From a virus: a DNA stretch of 64,000 nucleotides. The notes below the pieces were generated by a model. That model did not search any database and was not told the DNA's origin. It worked only from the letters and a program-made list of their open reading frames with translations. Below, piece after piece: positions 28,025-39,700 of the stretch (its first letter is position 1; each line of letters starts with the position of its first letter). The stretch lies in IMG/VR virus record IMGVR_UViG_3300032308_002775, positions 32,001 through 96,000 of that record, one strand, 5' to 3'. A program made the position numbers and the translations under genes.

Positions 28025-28171
28025 TAGCGCGCAACTGTTAAACCGTGTATCGTATGGATAACGACAAGAAACCAAGCCCGATGCTCCCCAAGATCAAGCT
28101 CCGGGGCGCGAAAATCCGGATGCTGCCCCAAATAAAGCTGCGCGGTGAAAGCGCGGCAAAGGACGGCTCGC

Positions 28172-28885
28172 GTGACCGACTGCAACGACCTGCCGAATCC
28201 GCCGGAAGTTGAGGCGCTGTTCCCCGAGGGGAGCGTGCCGGAACCGCGCCTGAACAAGGTCAGTGCGCTGTGTTCCTACGGTATGCGGCCGCACGTTATG
28301 ACCGGCCTGATCCGGCAGCTGCTGCTCGGGCACTTTTCGGACCCAGACAATATTGAAGAACCCCGCGTCCGGCGGCAGCTGGCTGAGATCGGCATGTGGC
28401 GGCCGAGTGATAACGGTTTGAACGCGGGCGGCATTCTGATAGAAAGTATTACGCGTTGGCAACCCGCAACCGCTGACAAGCGCCCGGCTGTGTTAATTCG
28501 CAGAAATTCCTGGCGTTGGCAGCGGCAAGGAGTTGGCGACCAAATCGGCGGCAATGTATACGAGGGTTCGCTGAGCTACGCCGGAATGTGGGAGGGCAGC
28601 CACACGTTGTTCTGCCTCTGTCCGAGCGGTGCCGAAACCGAGTTCCTTGCCACGGAAGTCGTTAAGTTTTTACACCAATTCTCCCCCTGGATTCGCGAGC
28701 AGATGAATCTTCACCGGTTCATGGTGAGCGAAGTTGGCGGGATCGGAGAAGTTCAAGAAGCGTTACAGGGTTACGCCGTTCCTGTAACGGTTGCATATGT
28801 TGCCGAGGAAGCCTGGACGCTCCAGCCGTATGCGCCGCGCCTTAAGCGGATTGTTCTGAAGGCGACTGACCTCTTGTCGTACTAA
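28172..28885 (+). CDS. putative tail terminator/completion protein
   Basis: AAGGA before GTG 28172; KRPAVLIRR and alpha/beta pattern; directly upstream of the sheath gene. Confidence 0.5.
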   Translation: MTDCNDLPNPPEVEALFPEGSVPEPRLNKVSALCSYGMRPHVMTGLIRQLLLGHFSDPDNIEEPRVRRQLAEIGMWRPSDNGLNAGGILIESITRWQPATADKRPAVLIRRNSWRWQRQGVGDQIGGNVYEGSLSYAGMWEGSHTLFCLCPSGAETEFLATEVVKFLHQFSPWIREQMNLHRFMVSEVGGIGEVQEALQGYAVPVTVAYVAEEAWTLQPYAPRLKRIVLKATDLLSY

Positions 28886-28991
28886 GGAAAACCAATCACC
28901 CGCGTGAACAGGTATTTTTTTTCATGACAACGGGTTGGATATACTAACCCAGTCACTACCGTTCACGACACTAGGCATGGAGGCCTGACGC

Positions 28992-31811
28992 ATGTCGAGC
29001 TACGTCAAACCACAAGTTCTTGTTTTTCAAGAATTCCGGATCGTCCCGACCGAGATCACTGAGCCGCTTCGCGCTCACGTCTCCGGCCCGCACGGCGTCC
29101 TGCATCGTTACAGCGACGTCGACGAAAAGCCGCTCTGCAGGCTGGGTCTCTATGACTACCTGAGCGACGTTTGCTACGCCTGGCCGGACCGGCTTCCCGG
29201 TTCGCGCGTCGACACGGGTTACACCAAGCTCTACATCGACGATGCGCTGCTCCTTTATTACGAGCACACGCTCGGCGAAACCGACACCGCGATCACCGCC
29301 GTCTCGGGCCGGACGAACTGGATCGAGGCCAGCGATCTGGCGTTCAAGAGCAACGGCGCGGCGTACCCGCGTAGCTCTGTTTTCGCTGATCGCGATGTGC
29401 AGCTCGGCGACGTTGTTCAGCTTCGCGCTGTCAGCCCCGACTCGGATTGCGAAGAGACGGTCCTTAACACCATTGTGACCGGCTTCGCGAGCGAGACCGT
29501 GGCGGCGGATGTCGGCGCAGCGTCGAACGACGACGACAACCAGGGAACCATCTCGGCCGACACCGACTGGGAAAAGATCGGCGGGCCGGACAACTGCGTC
29601 GACATCGATTCGGTTGACGGCACAGCCTACGACGGCCGCGTCCCGGGCGACGTGACCGAAGAGTACACCATCACCGTGGTCAAGAGCTCTGTCCCGGGCT
29701 GCGCTGCCGCCCGGCTGCGCGTCCGCTCGGCCAGCGGCAACGACGATCAGGACGAGGTGGTGCCGGAGGATTTCGGCACCCCGACGCCGATCGGCACCCG
29801 CGGGCTGACGGTGACGTTCGACTACGACCCCGATTCGGGTTGCTCGCTCTCGGCCGATGAAGCCGAAGTGGCTCCTGATGCGTTTGTCGTGGGTCAGCGG
29901 TGGCAGGTCACCGTGCAGCAGGCGTTCACCGAGGTTAACGCGACTTCGGGTGGCGACTACGTGGGCGACAAGAACGACATCTACGTCGTTGAGTGCACCA
30001 AGGGCGGCACGTGGGCCGAGCTTCCCGAGATCACCGTCCGTACGGTGAAGGGACTCGACTTCTCTGGCCCGACCGAGGTCACCGGCGCGACCACGTTCGT
30101 GAGCATTGGCTCTAAGGGCGTGGAGATCAAGTTCCACGGCGCCACGGAGTCCACGAGCGTCCCTGCGCTTCGCAAGGGCGACAAGTGGTACATCACGGTG
30201 CTTTCCAGCCAGGCTGGCTCGGTGCGCCGATTGATCCTCCGGGATGATATCCCGGTGGACATGGTCGACGCCGCCGACATGGATCTGCGCCTGTTCATTA
30301 AGGACAACATCCAGGTCTCGGAGAATCGGATCGGGTTTGCGCCCCAGACGAACTACGAGCAGGAGCCCACGCAGATCTGCGTGCATGAAGGCGTCATCGC
30401 TTACCACCCCGAGTGGACGAGCGGCGGCGTCGAGCAGCCGCTTGAAGTGCGCGCGGGCACGCTGTACGTCGAGTACCGCGAGTGGCTCACCGACCTCGCC
30501 GACGAGGTAAACGCGATTGGCGACGTGGCCGACCTTGACCAGATCAAGGGCCAGCTCCACCCCGATAACCCGCTGAAGTGGGGCGTTTACAAGGCGCTCT
30601 CCAACAGCAACGGGACCGTGGTGAAGTACACGGCAGTTGCCGAGCCGGAAGACCTCGACAGCTGGGTCCAGGTGCTCGAGCGGGTCAAGGGCCGGGACGA
30701 TCTTTACAACCTCGTCCCGCTGACCTTCGACCGTCGGGTGCAGAACCTGTACGCGGCCCAGATCGACGCCGAGTCCAGCGAAATCAACAACAACTGGAAG
30801 AGCGGCTTCTTCGCTCTGAAGGCTGTGACGAGCAAGATGATCGTCGGCGAAGGCGCCACGATCGCCGGTGTCTCGGGCAACACGATTGCCGACCCGGTCC
30901 TCGCGACCCTTTCGGACGATCCCAACGCCACCAACACGCAGTACACGCTGCTCCGGGTGCTTGAGGGGTCGGGCTACTTCATCACCAACAACGTCCAGCC
31001 GGGCGACCTCGTCCGGTATCTGTACACGACGGACGCGTTCGGTGAGGAGCAGTACGAGGAGTTCGTGGTGGATCGCGTGGTCTCCGAGAACTCGCTCGTG
31101 CTGTTCTCCGGCGCCGACGCTGCGGTCACCGTGGCGGCTCGCGTCGAGATTTACCACAACCTCAACCGCAACGAGATCGCCGACGATCTGGCCGAGCAGG
31201 CCGGATCGCTGTCGAATCGCCGGGTCTGCGCCGTGTGGCCTGATCAGGTGGGCGAGGCGGGCACGCTGATGCCGGGTTACTACCTGGCCGCGGCGCTGGC
31301 CGGTCTTGCTTCGGGCGTTGTCCCGCAGCAGGGTCTCACGAACGTCGAGGTCGCCGGTTTCGACGACTTCACGCGCAGCTACAAGTACTTCAACGAGACG
31401 CAGCTGAATCGGATGGCCGAGGCGGGAGTGTGGATTGTGACTGAAGATCGCGACGGTACGCCGCACTCGCGGCATGCGCTGACGACGGACAACCTCGACC
31501 TGAACCGTCGGGAAGAGATGATCCGCCGCAACGTGGACTCGATGTCGTACCTGTTCCTGCGTCGGTTGCGTCCGTACATCGGCCGCACCAATGCCACGCC
31601 GGGAATGGTCGACCTGCTCGCGAACGAAGTCACCGAGCTGATCGACTTCTTCAAGTCGAATGGCGTGACCGCGGAACTCGGCTCGCAGCTCATCGACGGC
31701 ACGATTCGGATCCTCCGCATTCACCCGCTGTTGCGCGATCGGATCGAGATTGTCCTCGATCTGGTGGTCCCGGCACCGCTCAACAACATCGAACTCCACC
31801 TTGTTGTCTGA
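28992..31811 (+). CDS. contractile tail sheath protein (939 aa)
   Basis: N-terminal YVKPQVLVFQE; C-terminal YLAAALAGLASG...QQGLTN...FNETQLNRMAEAGVWIV...HALTTD...REEMIRRNVD...YIGRTN...VPAPLNNIELHL. Confidence 0.88.
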   Translation: MSSYVKPQVLVFQEFRIVPTEITEPLRAHVSGPHGVLHRYSDVDEKPLCRLGLYDYLSDVCYAWPDRLPGSRVDTGYTKLYIDDALLLYYEHTLGETDTAITAVSGRTNWIEASDLAFKSNGAAYPRSSVFADRDVQLGDVVQLRAVSPDSDCEETVLNTIVTGFASETVAADVGAASNDDDNQGTISADTDWEKIGGPDNCVDIDSVDGTAYDGRVPGDVTEEYTITVVKSSVPGCAAARLRVRSASGNDDQDEVVPEDFGTPTPIGTRGLTVTFDYDPDSGCSLSADEAEVAPDAFVVGQRWQVTVQQAFTEVNATSGGDYVGDKNDIYVVECTKGGTWAELPEITVRTVKGLDFSGPTEVTGATTFVSIGSKGVEIKFHGATESTSVPALRKGDKWYITVLSSQAGSVRRLILRDDIPVDMVDAADMDLRLFIKDNIQVSENRIGFAPQTNYEQEPTQICVHEGVIAYHPEWTSGGVEQPLEVRAGTLYVEYREWLTDLADEVNAIGDVADLDQIKGQLHPDNPLKWGVYKALSNSNGTVVKYTAVAEPEDLDSWVQVLERVKGRDDLYNLVPLTFDRRVQNLYAAQIDAESSEINNNWKSGFFALKAVTSKMIVGEGATIAGVSGNTIADPVLATLSDDPNATNTQYTLLRVLEGSGYFITNNVQPGDLVRYLYTTDAFGEEQYEEFVVDRVVSENSLVLFSGADAAVTVAARVEIYHNLNRNEIADDLAEQAGSLSNRRVCAVWPDQVGEAGTLMPGYYLAAALAGLASGVVPQQGLTNVEVAGFDDFTRSYKYFNETQLNRMAEAGVWIVTEDRDGTPHSRHALTTDNLDLNRREEMIRRNVDSMSYLFLRRLRPYIGRTNATPGMVDLLANEVTELIDFFKSNGVTAELGSQLIDGTIRILRIHPLLRDRIEIVLDLVVPAPLNNIELHLVV

Positions 31812-31833
31812 GATCACTTAGGAGAAAGAATCT

Positions 31834-32343
31834 ATGGCTAATAGCGCATTTGCAGCTGGCGGCGGTAAGGACCAGTTTTTCAACGGTGCCTTTCGCGCTG
31901 ACGATGTGAAGTTGACGTGGACCGGCGGTGGCGCGGGAGAGGGCGCGCTCGTGCAGAGCGCCCAGTGGACCTGCCAGCGGACGGTAAACATGCTGTACGA
32001 GATCGGCTCGACGGCGGTGTACTACGTGGGCAATCGTCGTCAGGGCACGGCGCAGTTCACTCGCGTCGTTGGCGGCAAGGCGACCTTCAAGAACATGGTC
32101 ACGGCTTTCGGCGACCTCTGCAAGCCGAAAGATTTGATCATCAACGCGAAGCAAGCTGCCTGCGGTGGCGGCGGTGGTGGCATCGCCGGGTTCATCGGTG
32201 GCCTGTTCGGCGGTGGCGGTGGTGGCGTCTTGTACACGCTGAAGAGCGCTACGCTGAACTCGGTGGGCGCCAGTGTGACGGCTCAAGAGATCGTCATCAA
32301 CGAGCAGCTCGGCTTCATGTTCGTCGACCTCTACTACCAGTAA
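31834..32343 (+). CDS. tail tube protein (169 aa)
   Basis: Immediately after the sheath gene; LVQSAQW...RTVNMLYEIGS tube-like beta pattern. Confidence 0.7.
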   Translation: MANSAFAAGGGKDQFFNGAFRADDVKLTWTGGGAGEGALVQSAQWTCQRTVNMLYEIGSTAVYYVGNRRQGTAQFTRVVGGKATFKNMVTAFGDLCKPKDLIINAKQAACGGGGGGIAGFIGGLFGGGGGGVLYTLKSATLNSVGASVTAQEIVINEQLGFMFVDLYYQ

Positions 32344-32374
32344 TGGCGTAGGGTAGATGAAGAAAGACACCAAG

Positions 32375-32405
32375 AGCGGCGGTTGCGCAAAGCGCAGCCG
32401 CCGCT
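32375..32405 (+). terminator. 14-bp stem-loop after the tube gene (a second UUCG hairpin lies at 32434-32447)
   Basis: AGCGGCGGTTGCGC-AAA-GCGCAGCCGCCGCT. Confidence 0.5.
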
Positions 32406-32474
32406 TACGGTATTAGGCGTCGTCAGGCGCCTGGGGCCTTCGGGCCCGCAACCACACCAGAATTGGTGGACAAC

Positions 32475-35375
32475 ATGGCAGGAAAACAATCAACGCCCCC
32501 GATGGGGGTGCCGGGCCTCGCACAGACACCGGCTTATGACCCGGGCGCGGCTGTTCGGCACCTTAAGACGCGCAGCGTCGACGCCTCCCGAGACGCCACC
32601 TCTGCTCGCGGCGCGGGAACCGCCGCGGTCGCCGACCCTAACTGCAAGCACGTCGGCTTCAAACTCGGCTTTCAGGATACCGGGCGGCTCTGCCTGGGCT
32701 GGATTGTCGACGGAACCGCGATTGCCAACTGTTATCGGGTACAGATTGAAAAAATGCGGGCGCCCCTGGCAGCGGCGGCGTGCACGCATAACAGTCACGG
32801 CGTGGTCGGAGCTAAATCACTCACGTCGTACGCCCCGGGGACACCGGTCATTCTGATGGTCCACGACAAGATGGACCTGGCCTACATTCTGGGCGCGGTT
32901 CCCAGCGTTCTGGACGTTGCATACCGCGGGTTTCACGACTACATCTCGCAGACGACGCGAAAGCGCGTCGACGACTGCCAGAAAAAGTATCTCAAGCTGC
33001 CCAACAGCGGCTCGATGAGCGACTGCAGCGCCTGGCGACCGATCGACCAGACGCTCGCCAGCGAGTGGGGCGCCATCTCGACGACTGGGTTAAGCGTCTC
33101 GCTCGACGATTTCCTGGTAAAGCTTTCGGTGAACGAGTTTACCGGCGTTTTTGGCTTTTACCATGACTCGATGTTGCGGGTCGCAGGCTACAACATGCAG
33201 ACGTGGACTGGCGGCCACGAGCGCGACGCCTATGTCGACCAGGGCGAGTACAACGATTACCAGGGCTATTCTCCGTATCCCTGGGAAGCGGCCGGGTTGT
33301 TGGATACCGGCGTTCCAAACGTTATCGTTTACGACCCGCTTACCTACCTTCAGAGCAAGGGCAAGCCGTACTATGCGCACTTCGAAAACAAGCACGAGTA
33401 CGCGCAGCCCTATCACCGCACCCAGCAGTTCTTCGGTTACTTGGGCCAAGGCTCCCGCAGCGTTGTTCAGGCGCCGCCGGAGTCCGTTGAGCGCTGGATG
33501 TACAAGCCTGGAGAGGCCACTCCGCCGGGCACGGTGTTTGACTCCCAGATTCAGGCGGAAAACACAAACCCGCCGCAGGCCACATCCGGCGAAGACAAGC
33601 TCAAAGACTACCCCATCGAGGGCAAACCGCCGATCGGCTTGCACGAAGATAACGTCGGCCTCGACGGTCGTCGTTTTATTGCCAGCGCCAAAGGCATCAT
33701 TCTCGCAAAACGAATGTTGCTGCCGATGCCCGTGCGCCTCAAGCGACCCGAGGCGGGCGATGGCGACGACGCGCTTTCCACGGGCGATAACAAATACCGC
33801 GCCGCCGGAAAAGAAGGCATGGGTGACGGGCCGGAACACAAAATTACCGGCGACGTCGAGGCCAACGACACGCACAAGAACATGCAGCGGGCCAGCGGCG
33901 TGCTGGATTTACACGCATACCTGTTTAACTACGCCGGGCTGCACCCGTTTTACTGGCACACCAAGGACTGGAAAACCTACGAGCAGAAAGATCTGAAATA
34001 TGCTGAGTGCAACCACCGCGTGCCGGATTTTTCAGAGCTGACGGGCTCGATGTACCTGAAGGAGCCAACCCCGGTTCCAATCAAGATTGACCACCGCTAC
34101 GGCACTCAGAATTTCTACGAGACGACTGCGGGCATCTCGATTCTCGAGGACGGCAGCATCGTGCTGAGCGACGGATACGGCGCAGAGATCAAGATGAGCG
34201 GCGGCTGCTTGATCCTCTCCGCACCGGGCGACGTGTGGATGAAATCCGGACGCCACACGCAGAGCTGGGCCGGAGGCGACATCATCGAGCGCGCCAACGG
34301 TTCGGTGGATATTTCCACCACGCGCAAAAACATTCGCATTAAGAGCGAAAAGAACGTCCTGATTCTTGCTGGAAACAACGCAAACTCGTCTGAAAAAGAC
34401 GGCGGCGTGCTCATCGAGAGCCGCGCCGACGCAATCTACTACGATTTCGAAAAGGCGGGCGATCAGGCGCGCTTTGGCGGCGTGGCGTTGCGGGCGCCCA
34501 ATTCAAATGTCGTGGGCTTGGCGCACCAAATCTACCTGCGCTCCGGCGGCGGTAATAACGACTTCAAGCCAGGCAACATTACCATCGATGCGGGCAAGGG
34601 CGAGAAGGATCTTGTTACCAAGAGCAACCGCATCTTTAACTACGTCGGTGAAAGCGGCGAGATATGCAACTTCTTTTCAATCGCTGACGCAGGCAAGCCC
34701 CAGGTGGCGCAATACTTCTCGAAAGATTACGTGCTGCTCTGTGGCGATTTTGCTGTAGAGAAAAACATCATTGCGGGCGGCGGCACGCTCTGTCGAGACT
34801 TTCTTCTCTGCGACGGCCCGATTGTCGGCGACTCCGTGGCGTACCCCTGCGAAAGCGACTGTTCCAAAAGCATTCAAAAAGCCATCGACAAGGTCGTCGA
34901 GTACATCAAGAAGAAGCTGCCGAAGATGGCCAGAGATTTCCACAACGACTATCTGTCCAAGTTGTGGTACGACGCGCAGCGCGCCGGTAACGACCGGGTC
35001 ATGAACATCATGGAGTTCTCCTGGCGCACCGACGACGACTACAACATCCCGAACTTCATGCTGTACGAGGACCGCTGGCAGCAGATGGCGCGGCTGACCA
35101 ATAAAATCCCCAGCCGTTGGACAGAAACATCCGTCAAGAGCAAGGTCGCCGAGGGCGGCGAAACGTACCCATTTCCGGGACGAAAGTGGCTGATTGATCG
35201 CCCCGCCTACCGCACTCAAGACTTCAACTTGGTCGAGGTAAAGGGCGGCAACCTCGTCGACAAGGAGCGCGGCGAGAACGGAAACCTGGCTGACGAATAC
35301 AAACAGCCCAAGTTTGCGCAGGCATCGGCGCCAGAAATCATTAACGGGCAGTACCCGATTGTTTCGAATCCTTGA
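32475..35375 (+). CDS. putative baseplate central spike (gp5/gpV-like OB fold + beta-helix)
   Basis: N-terminal GWIVD...YRVQI...PGTPVILM...YILGAVP; repeated short strands ISILEDGSIVLSDGYGAEIKMSGG...VDISTTRKNIRIKSEKNV. Confidence 0.5.
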   Translation: MAGKQSTPPMGVPGLAQTPAYDPGAAVRHLKTRSVDASRDATSARGAGTAAVADPNCKHVGFKLGFQDTGRLCLGWIVDGTAIANCYRVQIEKMRAPLAAAACTHNSHGVVGAKSLTSYAPGTPVILMVHDKMDLAYILGAVPSVLDVAYRGFHDYISQTTRKRVDDCQKKYLKLPNSGSMSDCSAWRPIDQTLASEWGAISTTGLSVSLDDFLVKLSVNEFTGVFGFYHDSMLRVAGYNMQTWTGGHERDAYVDQGEYNDYQGYSPYPWEAAGLLDTGVPNVIVYDPLTYLQSKGKPYYAHFENKHEYAQPYHRTQQFFGYLGQGSRSVVQAPPESVERWMYKPGEATPPGTVFDSQIQAENTNPPQATSGEDKLKDYPIEGKPPIGLHEDNVGLDGRRFIASAKGIILAKRMLLPMPVRLKRPEAGDGDDALSTGDNKYRAAGKEGMGDGPEHKITGDVEANDTHKNMQRASGVLDLHAYLFNYAGLHPFYWHTKDWKTYEQKDLKYAECNHRVPDFSELTGSMYLKEPTPVPIKIDHRYGTQNFYETTAGISILEDGSIVLSDGYGAEIKMSGGCLILSAPGDVWMKSGRHTQSWAGGDIIERANGSVDISTTRKNIRIKSEKNVLILAGNNANSSEKDGGVLIESRADAIYYDFEKAGDQARFGGVALRAPNSNVVGLAHQIYLRSGGGNNDFKPGNITIDAGKGEKDLVTKSNRIFNYVGESGEICNFFSIADAGKPQVAQYFSKDYVLLCGDFAVEKNIIAGGGTLCRDFLLCDGPIVGDSVAYPCESDCSKSIQKAIDKVVEYIKKKLPKMARDFHNDYLSKLWYDAQRAGNDRVMNIMEFSWRTDDDYNIPNFMLYEDRWQQMARLTNKIPSRWTETSVKSKVAEGGETYPFPGRKWLIDRPAYRTQDFNLVEVKGGNLVDKERGENGNLADEYKQPKFAQASAPEIINGQYPIVSNP

Positions 35376-35388
35376 TACGGAGGAGCAG

Positions 35389-36378
35389 ATGGAGCTCGCT
35401 GATAATAGTCACGTTTCGGACTTCGTGAAAAAGACGCTCGCGCAGTTCGGATGGAAAGACGGCGACCCAATTCCAGCAGACCTGGGACCGCGGTTGTTGC
35501 AGTTAAAGGAAAGCCTGCCTCCCTCGTCGCGCATCGACGTGCTGATTGACGCCGGGGCGCTTTCGCCGGAGCACGTGATTGAAGTGCAGCAAATGCTTGC
35601 CGCTGCAAAAAAGGTGGCAGCGGCGCAGCAACGCAGTGCCGAGATTGAAGCGGCGACGAGCACCATGACGCCTGAAGTCGCGGCGCTGTACAAGCAGCTG
35701 GAGACGACCGACCCGGAGATTGTGGACGACCGCCAGGAAGAAGCAGCAGCGGGGCAAGCGACTACCGCGCCTGAAGCGCCCCTCGAGCCGCCTCCGGCCG
35801 CGCAAGAGCCGGAGCCGGTGCTCCAGGCGCCGATGGTGATCCTGCCGTTCTGCCCGCGGTGCGGCTGGGACATGCGGCAGAAGTTCGATACCGAGGTTAC
35901 GGACCTGGATAAAGAGGACTTTTTGGCCTCGGTTCTAGGTGGAACGAGGTTCTACCGCCGGTTTGATATCTTTGGCGGCCGGATGACGCTCGTCTTTCGG
36001 TCTCTGCTGGCGGAGGAGAGCAAGTTGATCTTCCGGCAGCTCGTCGTCGACCAGGACGCCAAGGCAGCCTTGACCCAAGAAGAGTGGTTTCTGCGGCTCA
36101 TGGAGTACCGGCTGGCCGCATCACTGGATCGAGTTCTCGACAAGAGCGGCAAGGAGCTTCACGTCGTCGTGCCGCTTGACGAGTTTCCCCATGCGCCGCC
36201 GGAGGACAAGCCGCTGGAAACGGCCTGCGTCGCTCAGCTGGCGTACGTGAATCACAAAGTTCTGGCTCAAGAAGTTCTGCGACGCCTTGCCGTAACGCAC
36301 CTGCGGCAGTTTCAGCGCGTCGTGGAAGCCCTTGAAGCCATGGCCCTCGAACCAAGTTTTTGGAACGGGATCGCATAG
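35389..36378 (+). CDS. putative tail assembly chaperone (G-like)
   Basis: GGAGGAG RBS; two genes upstream of the tape measure; ends in PSFW on a T5 run. Confidence 0.55.
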   Translation: MELADNSHVSDFVKKTLAQFGWKDGDPIPADLGPRLLQLKESLPPSSRIDVLIDAGALSPEHVIEVQQMLAAAKKVAAAQQRSAEIEAATSTMTPEVAALYKQLETTDPEIVDDRQEEAAAGQATTAPEAPLEPPPAAQEPEPVLQAPMVILPFCPRCGWDMRQKFDTEVTDLDKEDFLASVLGGTRFYRRFDIFGGRMTLVFRSLLAEESKLIFRQLVVDQDAKAALTQEEWFLRLMEYRLAASLDRVLDKSGKELHVVVPLDEFPHAPPEDKPLETACVAQLAYVNHKVLAQEVLRRLAVTHLRQFQRVVEALEAMALEPSFWNGIA

Positions 36379-36734
36379 CCGCCTACATGGTGCGGGCGGC
36401 TGCGTCCGGGGTGGTCGATTACACCCGGGCCGATCCCAACGACAAGACATGGAGAATTCGACACCGGCTGCTAATCGAGGAATTGCGCCGCCGGGAGAGC
36501 CTGCAGTTGATGGATTCCGTGCACCGGCACTGGCTCAGCCACGTTTCGCACGGCAGCTTGACGGAGGATAGCTATCGCAACGTTAAAGAGCACGCGAGCG
36601 CGACGCTCATCAAGCTGCAGGACTGCATTTACCCGTGGCTTTCAACGTCCAGCCAGGAGGGGGCAACAGATACAATAAGTGTAGCCGACGCGGAAATGAT
36701 CGAGCGATACAAGCGCAGCTTCAAAGCAGAATAG
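36360..36734 (+). CDS. putative tail assembly chaperone extension (T-like; -1 frame)
   Basis: Overlaps the previous ORF in the -1 frame; no clear RBS before ATG 36387. Confidence 0.5.
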   Translation: MERDRIAAYMVRAAASGVVDYTRADPNDKTWRIRHRLLIEELRRRESLQLMDSVHRHWLSHVSHGSLTEDSYRNVKEHASATLIKLQDCIYPWLSTSSQEGATDTISVADAEMIERYKRSFKAE

Positions 36735-36743
36735 TAAGAAATC

Positions 36744-39700
36744 ATGCCCGGTTTTTCTTCCGACAATCCGTTTCAGTCAGGGCCTTTCCGCACGCCCTAC
36801 TACGGCCCCGGCCAGGGCCCGGCGCTGATGCAGGACCCTGCAGCGGCGATGATCATGATGTTCGGAATGCCGTTGCTCCAGGGCACCATGGGGTCGGACA
36901 AGTTTCTGCCGCATTTCACGCCAAACCAGGCCCTGATGGACCAGTTCATGGCGTCTCAGTATCAGCGGTCGAACTTGGCGGCCAGCCTAGCCGCGTCCCG
37001 GATGGGCGAGGAGGCTGTCAGCGACCGCGTGCTGGGAATCGCCTCCATGCTGACCGGCACGCCAGCCAGCCAGCTAAACCGGGAGCAGGCGAACAATTTA
37101 GCGTCGATGATCAATCATCCGATCGCAAAAATGATGCTCGGGCAGCTCATGGGACCCGAGAACATGGAGGCGCTCATGTTCGGCCGACGGGGCGACCCGG
37201 CGGCACTGGCCTCAGCCGTCGGCCGCGTCGGTTTCTTCCGCCGCGACGCGCTTGGCAGCGAACGGATGAACGCGCAGTCCTTGGAAGACTTCTCCAAGGC
37301 TATTCACGCCAATCTCTATGGCGAAGGCGCCAACGTCGACGACATGCGCGGCTTCATGGCCGGGCAGGCCGGGCAAATTTTCGAGAACTTGTTCCAGCGG
37401 GGCATGTTGCCGCAGAGCATCGGCGCGCTATCGGCCGCCGAGCGCGTGCGCCTCTTGGGCGACGAGGCAAATCGCGACCCCGTTACCATGGACCGTTTGG
37501 CCGACGAGTTCGGGCGCCGCGAATTGATGAAGTCCGATCGGACATTCGACGTTGAGGTCGACGGTAAAAAGCTGAGCCGTCGGTTTAACGAGGTTACCGA
37601 AGAGGAGCAAAAGCTCATTCTCGAGCGCGAACGCCCTGGTTTCCGGTCGCGACTGGACGACACGTTTGAGCGCATCGACGAGTTCCGCAAGGAAGATTTC
37701 GCCCGGGGCAAATCGCCCGCCGAAATGGAGACGGCGGCCCGCGACATTGAAAAACTGGCGGGCTACGACGTTACGGCGCGCAATGTAGACGCGTCGAAAA
37801 CCTCGGGCAAGATCAAAGAGTTCGCCGGTGCCGTCGCCGCCGTCCGTGAGATTTTCGGCGACAACGGCAACCCCAACGCCCCCATGCCCGCCCTTTTGGC
37901 CGCGCTGGAGCAACTCACCCAGGGCGCGCTGCCCCAAATGAGCGCCAAGGGCGTCGAGGGCACAATGCGCCAGATGCGGCTGGCGGCCCGGGAGGCGGGC
38001 ATCGGCATGGAACAGCTCATGGGGATGTCGGCCCAAATCGGGGCTTACGGCGACACGCTGGGGATTGCCAGGCCGGTCTCCATGCAGAACACGCTGAATA
38101 CCGCGCTGCTCACCAAGGCCATGCGCGAAGCCGGTTCGTTCTCGAATCCCCGTTTTGGGCAGACAGACCAGGCCACGGCGGCGCAGGACGCGGGGATGGC
38201 GATGCAGCGCGGCGACGCGTCCGGCGTGGGCATGACGCTTGCGGCAATGCGCCGAGCAGTTGAAACAAACCCAGAGCTGTACGCCGGTACTGAGGCGGAA
38301 GCGCTCGTCAACGCTTACAAGAACAACCAAACGACCTACACGTTCGACGGCCGCACGGTCAACCTGGCGAACACGGCGGGCAAGGGCGGAGCGCCAGCTC
38401 TGGCCGAGATCTTCACGCGATCGAACGGTTCGATGGCGACGCTGAACATGTACTCGCTCGATCAAATGACGCAGAAGTACATGAACGCCGGTTACACGTA
38501 CGAACTCCAGTCTGCCGAGCTGCAGCGCGACGTCACGAACGGCGTGCTCGGCGGAATGGTGATGGATCGGCTCGACCTGAACAGCGTGCGCGATACGGCG
38601 CGCGCGTTGGGCGTATCCGAAAAAGACGCCGAAGACGCCCGGTTCGCGTTTGGAAAAACCGTTTCGGATCAGCTTGCCGGAGTGATCATCAAAGAAACAG
38701 GCGGGATGGAACCGGAAGAGCGGCAAAAGTACCTGCGCGACAAGCTGCCCGAGCTGATGAAGAACGTCTTCATGGAAGGCGGCGTCGCCGATCCGGCCGA
38801 GGCAGAGCGGCGGGCCGAGGCATTCATGCCGCTGCTTTTCGGCGCCAACGAAAAAGAACAACTCGACGTGCTGGGCCGGATGATTTCGGCCGTCGATTTA
38901 ACAGTGCAGAATGCAACGGGAAAAACACTGACCGCGCTCGATCAGCGGTCTTCTCCCGAGGTCATCGCCAACTACCGGCGCGAACAGGTTGTCAACAAGA
39001 ACCGCGCGGAGCGGATGGGCCAAATGCAGCGCGGTCGCGAGTCGAGCCTGCTGCAGCGCATTGGCGAAGAGGCAGAGCGAGTTGGCCAGGGCGGTACGTT
39101 TACCATTCAGGACAGCATTGAACGCATCACGAACATCCTAGACGTCGCCGGGCTGCGGGACGCATACGCGCCAGAACTCGCGCAAGGATTCGGCCGCGCG
39201 CTGGAGATAGAGCGCGGCCTCGTGCTGCAAGACGCCGACGTGCTCGCGCTAGCGGATGCCGCTGAAAAGGGCGGCGCCGGTGGCGCGGACGCGCTTAAAA
39301 AGCTCAAGTTTCTGGCGGGCGTCGATGAAAAAATGCAGGTTGTCGCCGACGACGCGAAGGACATTGATCCCAACAAACAGATTACCCGCACAGAACTGCG
39401 CGAGCGCGCGCGTTCGCAGGTCGGCACCGCGGCTGGTTTTACCGAAGAGGCGCGGCGCGAGAACAAAAAGAAACTCGAGCGCCTGAACGACTATTACCAG
39501 GCGATGGTGAGCGGCGATAAGGCAGACCTGGTTACCGCTGCCTCGGACAACCTCGCGGAAGACGCCGCGCTGAAACGACGACTCTCGGAAGAGGATGCAG
39601 AAAAACTGCGCGGACGTTTTGAGAAGGCCGCGCTCGGCGACAAGGACGAACTCAACGCGCTCAGGGAAACGCTTAGCGAAGACGAGTTCAAAATGCTCGA

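Noticed and set aside
28053-28213. Short ORF MDNDKKPSPMLPKIKLRG... with an internal repeat
   Set aside because: About 52 codons, no clear RBS, and it overlaps the next gene; insufficient support.
28971-31817. Long minus-strand ORFs (also 738-2033, 4570-6729, 20543-22252, 37428-38861)
   Set aside because: They are antisense shadows of GC3-biased plus-strand genes, with no motifs or RBS.
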